Assembly: GCA_964588985.1 (NCBI GenBank)
Contig: CAZPQW010000011.1
Coordinates: 41,069 to 105,068 of the forward strand
Direction of reading: 5' to 3'
Origin: an uncultured Solirubrobacteraceae bacterium
GTDB taxonomy: Bacteria; Actinomycetota; Thermoleophilia; Solirubrobacterales; Solirubrobacteraceae
Length of the DNA stretch: 64,000 bases
Shown here: piece by piece, positions 10,732 through 19,706 of the stretch
How positions within the stretch are numbered: position 1 is the first letter of the stretch
Layout: each line of letters starts with the position of its first letter
Program-made: the position numbers and the translations under genes
Notes under the pieces: model-generated
The model's database searches: none
Told to the model about the DNA's origin: nothing
The model's input: the letters and a program-made list of their open reading frames with translations, nothing else

Positions 10732-11867
10732 CGATGGATCCGACGACCACGGCGATAGGAACCTGGAGCGGCGGGCGCTTCATGCACTTCGGCGAGCCGT
10801 TGGAGGACGAGCGCCTGAGCGCACTCCTGCGTCCGGGCGAAGGCATCGACACGGTGATCACCGCGGACGTGTACGGCAGCGGGGAGGCGGATCTCGCGCT
10901 CGGCCGAGCGCTCGAGGGTCTCCGACGCGAGGACTACTGCCTCGTGGGCGCTATCGGGCACGACTTCTACACGGGCGAGCGCGACGGCGCGAAGGGCTTT
11001 CCCCGCTTCACCGACCCGCTACTGCGAGGCGAGGCGGACTACGCGCGGTACATCCGCGAGGCCACCGAGCGCAGCCTCGAGCGCTGCGGGGTGGAGCGCT
11101 TCGATCTGCTGCTGCTGCACAACCCCGACCACGTCGGCTACTCGAGCCCGGTCGTGTGGGAGGGCATGCGGGCGGTCCGCGACGCCGGACTCACCGAGCG
11201 CCTGGGCGTCGCGCCGGGCCCGGCGAACGGCTTCACGCTCGACCTGATCGACTGCTTCGAGCGCTTCGCTGAGCTGATCGACTGGGCGATGATCATCCTC
11301 GGCCCGCTCGAGCCGTGGCCCGGCGAGCTCGTGCTCGACGCCGCGGCCAAACACGACGTGAGCCTGATCACGCGAGTGGTCGACTACGGCGGGATGTTTC
11401 ACGACGACGTGCTGCCCGGCCACGCCTTCGCGCCCTACGACCACCGCAAGTTCCGTCCCGACGGCTGGGTGCAGGCGGGCAGGGAGAAGCTCGAGCTGAT
11501 GCGCCCCTACGCGGAGCGCCACAGTCTGACGATGCTGCAGCTCGCGTGCGCGTGGAACCTGTCTCTGCCGGGCGTGCGCTGCGTGGTCCCGTCGTTGATC
11601 CAGGAGAGCGGAGCGCACGCGCGCGCGATCGAGGACAAGCGCGCCGAGCTGGCCGCCGTCACGGCGGATGCGATCCTCAGCGAAGAGGAGGTGGAGGCGA
11701 TCCGCGCGATCGGCGAGAACACCGGCTGCATGGCGCTGAAGGGCGCCAGCCTCGAACACCAGGGGTCGGCGCTCGCAGACAGATGGAGCGTCGACGATCA
11801 GCTCTCTCAGGTGGCCGGCCGCTGGGGCATCGACCCCGATCGGGACCTGCTGCCGCACGCGGTCTAG
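10728..11867 (+). CDS. Aldo/keto reductase family protein
   Basis: GTW, TADVYGSG, SLERC...DLLLLHNP motifs. Confidence 0.85.
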   Translation: MTMDPTTTAIGTWSGGRFMHFGEPLEDERLSALLRPGEGIDTVITADVYGSGEADLALGRALEGLRREDYCLVGAIGHDFYTGERDGAKGFPRFTDPLLRGEADYARYIREATERSLERCGVERFDLLLLHNPDHVGYSSPVVWEGMRAVRDAGLTERLGVAPGPANGFTLDLIDCFERFAELIDWAMIILGPLEPWPGELVLDAAAKHDVSLITRVVDYGGMFHDDVLPGHAFAPYDHRKFRPDGWVQAGREKLELMRPYAERHSLTMLQLACAWNLSLPGVRCVVPSLIQESGAHARAIEDKRAELAAVTADAILSEEEVEAIRAIGENTGCMALKGASLEHQGSALADRWSVDDQLSQVAGRWGIDPDRDLLPHAV

Positions 11868-12529
11868 AGCCCCAGCCGCCCCGGCAGCTCCTCCATCGCA
11901 TCCAGAATCTCCGCACCGGCTTGCCTCAGCGCGTCCTCGTCGCTGTCAGCGGCGTAGCCGAACACGCGCATCCCGGCCGCCACAGCGGCCACCACACCCG
12001 ACGGCGTGTCCTCCACGACGACGCACGCGGACGGATCGACTCCCATCGTGCTCGCCGCATGGAGAAAGAGATCGGGATGCGGCTTGCCGCGCGCGACGGA
12101 GTGCGCCGAGAACAGGGCACGATCGGCGAACAGGTAGCCGAGACCTGTGAGCTGGAGCGAGAGCCGCGTCTTCTCGAGCTTGCCCTGCGAGGCCACGCAA
12201 ACGGCCAGTCCCGCATCGCGCACCTGCGCGACTGCCGCGGCGGCCCCATCCACAGCTCGCAGCTCCCGTCGAAATACCTCCGCGCGCGTGCGCTCGTAGC
12301 TCTCGAGCCAGCCCGGGGGCAACGAGCGACCGAGCTCCGCCTCGGCCGCGATCCCGATGTCGCCGAGCAGCAACCCCTGGTAGTCGCGGCGAGCCTCCTC
12401 GAGCGTCTTCGAAAGCCCCTCCTCGCTCAGCATGCGTGCGAGCACGTCGTTTGAGATCCGCTCGCTGTCGACGAGCACACCGTCGCAATCGAAGATGACC
12501 AGCTCGGGCTCCCGCCCGACGGCGCTCAC
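11864..12529 (-). CDS. HAD-superfamily hydrolase
   Basis: IFDCDGVLVDS, KPHPD and VEDTPSG motifs; GTG 12529 overlaps the upstream stop. Confidence 0.9.
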   Translation of the reverse strand: MSAVGREPELVIFDCDGVLVDSERISNDVLARMLSEEGLSKTLEEARRDYQGLLLGDIGIAAEAELGRSLPPGWLESYERTRAEVFRRELRAVDGAAAAVAQVRDAGLAVCVASQGKLEKTRLSLQLTGLGYLFADRALFSAHSVARGKPHPDLFLHAASTMGVDPSACVVVEDTPSGVVAAVAAGMRVFGYAADSDEDALRQAGAEILDAMEELPGRLGL

Positions 12530-13098
12530 GGCGACAGGCGCGTGGTGCGCCATCCCTCCTCGGCCCGCTCGAACAGCAGGCGCTCGTGCATCCTGTCGGG
12601 CGCTTGGGTCCAGAACTCGACCGCTTCGGGAACGACGCGGATGGCTCCCCAGTCGGGCGGACACTGGGGAGGAGCCTCGAGCACGTTCATGAGATGCGCG
12701 TGGCGGGCGCGCAGCGGCTCGATGTCCTCGATCGGCGTGCCCTGTCGGGAGACGAGCGTCTGGACCCGGTGTGAGATGTCCCGCTCGGAGAACAGCTCGA
12801 GCGCGAGCGCTCGCTCGGCCACCTTCGCCTCACCGGTCACGTGCACCTGCCGGCCGACGGTGGGCCAGTGGAAAAGAAGAGCCACGTTCGGATTGCTCTC
12901 GATCTCGCGAGCTTTGCGGGTCCACAGCGCGGAGGTGAACACGAGCGCGTCGCCCTCCACGCGCTTGAGCGACACGGTCCGCGCGGACGGTCGCCCATCC
13001 GCGCCGACGGTGACGAACGCGACTGCAGCGGGCTCCGGTGCTCCCGCCGATCGCGCGTCGCCCAACCAGCGATTCAGCAGCGCGATCGGATCGCTCAT
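12526..13098 (-). CDS. PdxH/PhzG-family FMN-dependent oxidase (divergent)
   Basis: GRPSARTV.LK, RK..EI..NP.VAL.F.W, RQV, WG, EFW and RMHER motifs. Confidence 0.8.
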   Translation of the reverse strand: MSDPIALLNRWLGDARSAGAPEPAAVAFVTVGADGRPSARTVSLKRVEGDALVFTSALWTRKAREIESNPNVALLFHWPTVGRQVHVTGEAKVAERALALELFSERDISHRVQTLVSRQGTPIEDIEPLRARHAHLMNVLEAPPQCPPDWGAIRVVPEAVEFWTQAPDRMHERLLFERAEEGWRTTRLSP

Positions 13099-13114
13099 GA
13101 GGGTCCTGACGCTA

Positions 13115-13681
13115 CTACATGTGCAGGTTGCCGATCACCTGGACTTCGGCGTTGGAGTTGTTGCGGTCGAGCACGCCGTAGAAGCCGCCCTTGCCGGAGA
13201 TGTGCGCGTAGCGACCGGTCCCGCCTACGATCGTGGCGGTGCCTCCGAAGCTTTCATAGCGACCGTTGCCTGAGTGGAGTTTCGCGCTGCCGTGACCGGA
13301 GATCGAGCCGCCGCCGAGGTGAAACGTAAAGCTCGACGTGGTGGTGCTTCCGTTGAAGCTCAGTGTCGCGTGCGCCGTGCCCACGAGCGTGCCTGTGGCA
13401 CGACCTTCCTCGGTCAGTGTGTTCCCGTTCGCGTTCAGCAGGTGCATCTTGGCCGCGTCTCGCACCACCAGGATCCGCGCCGTCACCGCGCTCGGCTGCC
13501 GCGACTCGCCGCGAGCGAGGCCCGCGGCGATGCCGCCGTCCAACGCCCCGCCGGCGACCGCCGCCACGGCGACCGCCGCGGCGAACATCCGGGTCTTGTT
13601 ACCTGGGCGCACCATCAGCCCAACATATCCGGCAGTCGTGGAGCCCGGCGACAGTGTTTCCATCTGCGTCGAGGAGCTCAT
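13115..13681 (-). CDS. Secreted beta-rich protein, dirigent/allene-oxide-cyclase-like
   Basis: Signal-peptide-like Ala/Val stretch; alternating beta-strand pattern; IVGGTGRY..ISG motif; ATG 13681 overlaps the DUF2600 stop (ATGA). Confidence 0.6.
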   Translation of the reverse strand: MSSSTQMETLSPGSTTAGYVGLMVRPGNKTRMFAAAVAVAAVAGGALDGGIAAGLARGESRQPSAVTARILVVRDAAKMHLLNANGNTLTEEGRATGTLVGTAHATLSFNGSTTTSSFTFHLGGGSISGHGSAKLHSGNGRYESFGGTATIVGGTGRYAHISGKGGFYGVLDRNNSNAEVQVIGNLHM

Positions 13682-14784
13682 ATGCGAGGCTCGCGCCCAC
13701 TCCCAGACCGCGTGCGGCCCGCCGCGCGACGCGCGCGAAGCACCCACATGCTCGGTGTCGCCGCTCCCCCGAGCACAGCAAGGATGCGTTCGGATATGGG
13801 CGCGGCCTCGGGAAGGGAAGCCTCGGGGGCCGTCAGATAGAGACTGACCATGCCGGCGAGGATGAGGGCGTGCAGATCGCCGCCGCGCAGTCCGCGAGCC
13901 GCCCCCAGTGCCCGCTCGGTGATCATCTGTAAACGCGCGCCCGCTTCCTCGGCTGAGCTGTAGTGAGACAGCAGGCTGACCTGTCCGGCGCCGGCGTCCT
14001 CACCTAGGTCGACGAGGCTGTCGAGCAGTGTGTGCAGAGCACCGATCCACGGGTAGTAGGCCCGCTCGATCGCGGCGATGTCCCCTGAGCTGAGCCGCGG
14101 ATCAGCGGCGGCCGCGAGCAGCGCGAGGACCGCCAGCGAGGAGGCGCCGGCGGCGGCCGTCTCCCACCATTGCAGGGCTGAGTCTGGCGAGGTTTGATCG
14201 TCTGCCCAGCGCGCAAGAGCGCTGTGATCGCCCTGATTGAGTGCTTGATAGGCGATGATTCGAGTAATCGCAGCCTCGGTGGGCCCTGAAGCTGGACGGT
14301 TGTTCGACATTTGAGCGAGCGCACCGCGAGTCGTGTCGATCATGTCCAGGAGGTAGCCACCATCCTCGGAGCTCGCGCAAAGCGCGTAGTAGTCGTCGTG
14401 AGGGACCCCCGGTTGCAGCGCGCGCAGCAGTGCCAGGTGCAGCTGCCGCGCGTTTGCCGAGCGATCTCCGCAGGGCTGCTCGGCGAGCAGGTCGGCGTAG
14501 TCGTAGGCGGCCTGCCAGGCGACGATCATCCGCACCGTCAAAGCGCGGCTCCTGCTGGGCACAAGCACCGCAAACGCGGCTGCTCCCTCGATATTTCCGC
14601 GCTTCGACAGCTGCGCCTCGAGCGCGACCCGACGCAGCAACGGATCGTCGATCGAGGCGGCACGAGCCTTCCAGTGGCGCATCTCCCGAGCGAGGTGGGG
14701 ATATACGCCCAACCAGTAACGCAACGCCGTCTGAACAAACAAGGCCCCCGATGAGAAACGCCTCCATGTTGTGCTCATACGCAC
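13678..14784 (-). CDS. DUF2600 / tetraprenyl-beta-curcumene synthase (YtpB)-like terpene cyclase, copy 1
   Basis: W...A..I.DP.LR..AL, EGAAAFA, Q.AYDYAD, WWETAAAGASSL and YYPWIGALHTLLDSLVD..ED match the YtpB family pattern. Confidence 0.8.
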   Translation of the reverse strand: MRMSTTWRRFSSGALFVQTALRYWLGVYPHLAREMRHWKARAASIDDPLLRRVALEAQLSKRGNIEGAAAFAVLVPSRSRALTVRMIVAWQAAYDYADLLAEQPCGDRSANARQLHLALLRALQPGVPHDDYYALCASSEDGGYLLDMIDTTRGALAQMSNNRPASGPTEAAITRIIAYQALNQGDHSALARWADDQTSPDSALQWWETAAAGASSLAVLALLAAAADPRLSSGDIAAIERAYYPWIGALHTLLDSLVDLGEDAGAGQVSLLSHYSSAEEAGARLQMITERALGAARGLRGGDLHALILAGMVSLYLTAPEASLPEAAPISERILAVLGGAATPSMWVLRARRAAGRTRSGSGREPRI

Positions 14785-14836
14785 AACATCGCCAGCGAAC
14801 CGCCGCTGCCAAAGTCAGCTGACTGCTAAACCTGTG

Positions 14837-17404
14837 TCACTCCTGAAAGCTCGTCTGGGCCGATACGCGCGCCGCGGAAAGGCCCGGGAGGGCGACAACT
14901 GTGAGCGCGATGCCCCCGACGAGCAACAGCGTGAGCAGCACCTGCACCAGCCCAAGAGAGAAGGGCGCGGGGAACCCCGTCGTCAGTTTCAGCCACCGGC
15001 TCGCGAGTGCGTGGCCGTAGAGTCCGAAGATCGCGCCGTCGGCGCAACCGATCCCGAGGACGATGCCGCTCTCCAGCAAAAGCGAGCGCCACAGTTGGCG
15101 GCTGTCGAAGCCCTGGGACTTCAACGAGGCGAGCCTGTCCCGCCGCTGCCAGATCGCGGCGCTGAGCGCAAACGCAACCGACAGCGCAGCCACCAGTAGC
15201 AGCAGCGTCGATATCTGCCCCAGGCTCCGCAGGGCCTGCCTGGCGTTCGCACGGAACTGCGCTTCGCGCTGGCCACGCGTCTGCACCGACAGCCCCGGGC
15301 GCGCACCGATCGCCGCCTGAACCGATCGCACGCCCTGAGTCGGCGTCACCCCCGGCCGGAGGTTGACCTCCAGAGCCGCGGGATTCGTGGTCTGCCAGCC
15401 TCGACGGAAATCGGCTGTCGACATCGTGATCGCTCCCGCCGGCCATCCCACGTTCGTGGTGACCGCAGCCACACCAAGGCGCTGTTGCCCCGACGGTGTG
15501 GGCAGAGTGAAGCTACCGCCGACCTCGAGGTGGCGTTCGTCCGCGAACCCATCCGAGACCGCGGCCCAGCCGCCTTGACGCAGCAGGCTCGTGGCGTGGG
15601 CGAGGTTGCCCTCCAGCAACTGCGAGGACTGGATCATCGCGCTGTCGCTCGGCGGCCGCGCGCGAATCCACAGCCTGCGTTTGCCGACGTCCAGGAGTGC
15701 GCCCTGATACACGCGCACCGAGGCCACGTCGCGCGTGCGGGCGATCCTGTCCACCGCGCCGCGAGCCAGGAAGCTGTCCGTGGTGAACACGTTTTCTCCG
15801 GTGGTCACCCACACGTCGGCGGTACCCAGATACTGAGTGATCGCCGCGTTCAGGCCCGTGGTCAGATCGTGTCGTGCGCCCTGTATGGCCACGCTCCCGT
15901 ACACCGCCAGCGCCGCCACGCTGGCAAGCGCGACCGAGCGCGTGGCCGTGGCGCGCAGTTCGACCACCGCGAGCGCAAGCATGCTGCCGCGCAGACGCTC
16001 GCTGACCGGAGCGATCGCGGCGCCTGTGAGCGCGAAGATGCCCGGGCTCAGGCACGCGGCGGCGAGCGCGAGCAGCACTCCACCGACGATCGTCAGGCTG
16101 GGCGCCGCGAGCACCACGATCGTCACGGCCGCCAACAGCGTCAGGCCGATCGTGGTGAGCAGTGCGATCGAGCTCGTGCCAATGCCGTGGCCCACCTCAC
16201 CCCGCTCGTGGAGAACCGCATCCACGGGACGCCGGGGATTCATGTCGAAGGTCGGCGGCAGCGATGCGAGCAATGCGGCGAGCACACCGCACGCCGTGGC
16301 CAGAAGGACCGTCGTCGTATGCACCACCTGGTGCGATCCGATCGGAAACGCAAACGTGAGGTAGCTGGGGATTTCGCGGAACAGCGTGCGCGACAGCAGA
16401 CTCCCCGCGGCCACGCCCGCGAGCGAGGCGACAACCCCGAGCATCACCGCCTGCGAGGCGAGGATCAGTAACACCTGCCGAGGTCCGAAGCCCTGTGTGC
16501 GCAGCTCCGCGACGAAGCGACGACGCTCGGGCACCGTCAGCAGCATCGCGTTGAGCGCGAGCAGAAACCCGACCATCGCGCTGATCGCCGCGAACAGCGT
16601 CGTCGACTGGCTGGTCGGGCGAGCGGCCTGTTCGAGCAGCGCCAGCTCGTGATCGGCTGGCTCCACGTCGAGCCGCCCGCCCGCCAACCCGCGCAGCTCG
16701 CGTTCGACGCGTGCGTCCTGGCCCGCCTGAGGCTGAACCAGCACCTGCGTGACTCGTCGCGACTTGTCGGTGAGGCTCTGCGCCACCGGCAGCAGCGCCA
16801 AGACGATCGGGCTGTTTGCCACGGGCCCCACGATCTGTTCGGGTAGGACCGCGCGCACGATCGCGGCGTGAGAGTCGCCGCTGGAGCGGATCTCGACCGA
16901 CTGCCCGGCCTCGGCGTTCACGGCCGCCGCGACGCTCGACGGGAGTCCGACTCCTCCTGTCAACAGCGACGTCCCGGCCCCGAGGTTCTTCGTTGCCGTG
17001 GTGTTGAGCGTGACCAGACTTGCTGTCACGCCGAGCACCTGGATCACCTGACGCCCCTTCGGCCCGACGATCACAGCGTCCTCTTTCAGGACCGGTGAGG
17101 CGACCCTCACTCCCGGCAGTTCTCCGACTCGCGTCGCCAACCGTTCGTCGAACCCACTGGAGGAGCGCGACACGAGCTGGAGGCGCGCGGTTCCCGTCAC
17201 TGCGTGGACGAGGTCGCCGGCCGAGCTGACGATGCTGGTGTTCGCGACGAGCACTCCGAACATCAGCGCCACGCCCGTCGCGATCCCCAAGCCAGCGAGC
17301 AGCTCCTGGATCTTGTGGTCCTTCAGCCGCCAGCGATAGAGGTCGATCAACGCGCTCAGCCGCACACCGAGCACGGCCGGCTTCGGCATTCTGCTGGGCA
17401 TCAT
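14837..17404 (-). CDS. FtsX/MacB-type ABC transporter permease, copy 1
   Basis: ~855 aa with two FtsX-like halves (ERRRFVAELRTQG; QRRDRLASLKSQG); start ATG 17404 overlaps the upstream stop. Confidence 0.88.
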   Translation of the reverse strand: MMPSRMPKPAVLGVRLSALIDLYRWRLKDHKIQELLAGLGIATGVALMFGVLVANTSIVSSAGDLVHAVTGTARLQLVSRSSSGFDERLATRVGELPGVRVASPVLKEDAVIVGPKGRQVIQVLGVTASLVTLNTTATKNLGAGTSLLTGGVGLPSSVAAAVNAEAGQSVEIRSSGDSHAAIVRAVLPEQIVGPVANSPIVLALLPVAQSLTDKSRRVTQVLVQPQAGQDARVERELRGLAGGRLDVEPADHELALLEQAARPTSQSTTLFAAISAMVGFLLALNAMLLTVPERRRFVAELRTQGFGPRQVLLILASQAVMLGVVASLAGVAAGSLLSRTLFREIPSYLTFAFPIGSHQVVHTTTVLLATACGVLAALLASLPPTFDMNPRRPVDAVLHERGEVGHGIGTSSIALLTTIGLTLLAAVTIVVLAAPSLTIVGGVLLALAAACLSPGIFALTGAAIAPVSERLRGSMLALAVVELRATATRSVALASVAALAVYGSVAIQGARHDLTTGLNAAITQYLGTADVWVTTGENVFTTDSFLARGAVDRIARTRDVASVRVYQGALLDVGKRRLWIRARPPSDSAMIQSSQLLEGNLAHATSLLRQGGWAAVSDGFADERHLEVGGSFTLPTPSGQQRLGVAAVTTNVGWPAGAITMSTADFRRGWQTTNPAALEVNLRPGVTPTQGVRSVQAAIGARPGLSVQTRGQREAQFRANARQALRSLGQISTLLLLVAALSVAFALSAAIWQRRDRLASLKSQGFDSRQLWRSLLLESGIVLGIGCADGAIFGLYGHALASRWLKLTTGFPAPFSLGLVQVLLTLLLVGGIALTVVALPGLSAARVSAQTSFQE

Positions 17405-18108
17405 CCAGCCGACGCAGGGACCAGATCTGGGTCCAAACCGTCGGACAGACGCCCGTCTTTGAGCGTATAGACACGGTCGACGAGCTGGCTCGCATGCGGA
17501 TCGTGCGTTACCAGCAGGCCCGGCGTCTGGTGTTCGTGGCAGATATCGCGCAGCAGTTCGAGGGTCTGACTGCTGCGACGCGAGTCGAGGTTGCCCGTCG
17601 GCTCGTCGGTGAGCAGCAGCCGCGGCTCGTTGACCAACGCCCGTGCGATCGCAACCCGCTGGCGCTCGCCCATCGACAGCCGGTCGGGCGTGTGTTCGGC
17701 TCGGGCGCCCAGCCCCACCCGCTCCAGCCACGGCTGCGCTCTTCGCCTGGCCTCACGCAGGCTCAGCCCGTGTCCCAGAAGCTTGATCGCGGCGTTGTCG
17801 AGCGCGGAGGCGCCGGAGATCAGATGGAACGTCTGGAAGACGAAGCCGACATCGTGGAGGCGATATGCGGCGCTCTCGGCCGCGCTCATACGCGAGACCT
17901 CGCTCCCGTCGAAGTGGATGCTCCCCTCGTCGGGCGTGAGCAGTCCGGCGGAGAGCAAGAGCAGCGTCGTCTTGCCGGACCCGCTGGGGCCGTACAGCGC
18001 TACGAACTCGCCCTCGGAGACCGTCAGCGAGACACCGTCGACCGCGTTTACGACCTCGGCGCCACTTGGATAGTGCTTGACGACATCTCGCAGCTCCAGT
18101 GCGCTCAC
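17401..18108 (-). CDS. ABC ATP-binding protein (LolD/MacB-like), copy 1
   Basis: [37 protein letters not shown] and VTHD motifs. Confidence 0.92.
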   Translation of the reverse strand: MSALELRDVVKHYPSGAEVVNAVDGVSLTVSEGEFVALYGPSGSGKTTLLLLSAGLLTPDEGSIHFDGSEVSRMSAAESAAYRLHDVGFVFQTFHLISGASALDNAAIKLLGHGLSLREARRRAQPWLERVGLGARAEHTPDRLSMGERQRVAIARALVNEPRLLLTDEPTGNLDSRRSSQTLELLRDICHEHQTPGLLVTHDPHASQLVDRVYTLKDGRLSDGLDPDLVPASAG

Positions 18109-18848
18109 GGCGAGGAGCGCGCCCTGCCATACGCACGCTGGTCCGGAAATTGGACGACCGTGCCAGCCTGGTCCATCGAGCGTAGCCGTCCCTGATCGAT
18201 CGACATGATCCGGTGCGCACGGCGCAGGGGCGCCACGTCCTCGGAGGCGACCACGATCGCCACCCGCGAGTCCTTGCCAAGCGAGCACAGCAGGTCGTAG
18301 AGCTCCACGCCCTCGCTCGGGCTGAGCAGCACCGCCGGCTCGTCGATCAGCAGCAGTCTCGGCTTGTGCACAAACGCGCGGGCGAGGGCGACCCTGACGC
18401 GCTCGACGCGTGAGAGGCGATCGGTGGCCATGTACGCGCAACGCGAGACGCCCATCCTTTCGAGCGCGAGATGAGCCGGCTCCTTGGCCTCGCGCAGGCT
18501 CATGCCATCGCTCAGCAGCGGCAGCGCCACGTGCTCGACGACCGGCTTGTTGCGTCCCGGACGCCAGTCGGTCGACACGAGCCCAATGCCGCCGTAGCGC
18601 TGCAGCTTCGCGCGCGCGTCCGCGGACATGCTCCCCACGTCGCGACCGTCGAACCACACAGACCCCGAGTCGGGGAGTTCCGTGGCCGCTGCCACCCGCA
18701 GCAGCGTCGTCTTGCCGGATCGCCGCACGCCCCATATGCCGACGAAGTCGCCCTCGTCGATTTCCAGCGACAGATCGTCGAGAGCTCGAATCTCCCCACG
18801 GCCATCCGCATAGGACTTCGTGACGTGCTGCAGCGAGAGGAGACTCAT
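18105..18848 (-). CDS. Degenerate ABC ATP-binding protein, copy 1
   Basis: Walker A GVRRSGKTT and Walker B LLIDEP present; signature is LSRVE; switch His absent (VASED). Confidence 0.85.
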   Translation of the reverse strand: MSLLSLQHVTKSYADGRGEIRALDDLSLEIDEGDFVGIWGVRRSGKTTLLRVAAATELPDSGSVWFDGRDVGSMSADARAKLQRYGGIGLVSTDWRPGRNKPVVEHVALPLLSDGMSLREAKEPAHLALERMGVSRCAYMATDRLSRVERVRVALARAFVHKPRLLLIDEPAVLLSPSEGVELYDLLCSLGKDSRVAIVVASEDVAPLRRAHRIMSIDQGRLRSMDQAGTVVQFPDQRAYGRARSSP

Positions 18849-19447
18849 CGCATCCTGCCTGTCGACTCATTGGCTACGAACTCCGCGATCCACCGTCGCG
18901 CCATGACGATCCATCGCAACTCCGCTTGAAGGCTCTCATCGACCGCCATCCGCGTCAAGTTCATCGCGAGGCCCGCCCACGAGCCCATCGGCACCTCGGC
19001 TTCCTGGGTCTTGTGCAGCATCGCGAAGCAGTCGCGTTCGTAGTCGTCGAGCGCGCTCAGAAGCTGGGGCGCGTGTCGCGCGCTCGACATCGCGATCTTC
19101 GCCTGCAGCTCCGCGCGCATCGGCTCCTTGCCGACTGGGGTTTCCATCCACGCAGCCACAACCGACTCGGCCCGCTCGGTCGCCAAGTAGACGCGCTGCC
19201 CATCGCCCACCCGCCCCGTCGCCTCCTTGATGCTCGAGGAGACGAGCCCGTCCTCCTCGAGCCGATCGAGCGTTCCGTAGACGCTCTGCCGGGTCACGCG
19301 CCACGCCGGGCCGAGACGCCGCTCGACGAGAGTTCCCAGGCGGTATCCGCCAAGCGGCTGATCGCCCTCGCTCACGAGCAGCGCGAGGAGCGCCCCCCGC
19401 AAGGGCGAGCCTCCCACCTGCTTCTTCTCCGGCATCGCCGCTGACAT
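18845..19447 (-). CDS. PadR-family transcriptional regulator, copy 1
   Basis: LRGALLALL..GY.L...VY..L.RLE..GLV winged helix; GGAG SD before ATG 19447. Confidence 0.85.
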   Translation of the reverse strand: MSAAMPEKKQVGGSPLRGALLALLVSEGDQPLGGYRLGTLVERRLGPAWRVTRQSVYGTLDRLEEDGLVSSSIKEATGRVGDGQRVYLATERAESVVAAWMETPVGKEPMRAELQAKIAMSSARHAPQLLSALDDYERDCFAMLHKTQEAEVPMGSWAGLAMNLTRMAVDESLQAELRWIVMARRWIAEFVANESTGRMR

Positions 19448-19645
19448 CGCGCTCCACCCCCAAGTCGAGAGCCGTTTGGCAACAAGAACGATACGTGAAA
19501 CTTCGATCGGTCGATAGATCGTTGGTCTGGACAAAACTATCCCGACCAGCTGGCTGAGCCTTTCACATCCTGCGTATTACTGCTCGCATCTCGCATAGCG
19601 ACAATGTTTACCGGGACATCCCGAACGTTTCTCACTGTTTATGAG

Positions 19646-19674
19646 TTGACAACCCATCAGGCGTGACCTATACA
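19646..19674 (+). promoter_or_regulatory. Sigma-70-type promoter for the IclR-HTH gene
   Basis: TTGACA-N17-TATACA in the AT-rich divergent intergenic region. Confidence 0.6.
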
Positions 19675-19706
19675 ACGCGCGTCTGGCCGACGATCATCGC
19701 GCGTAC

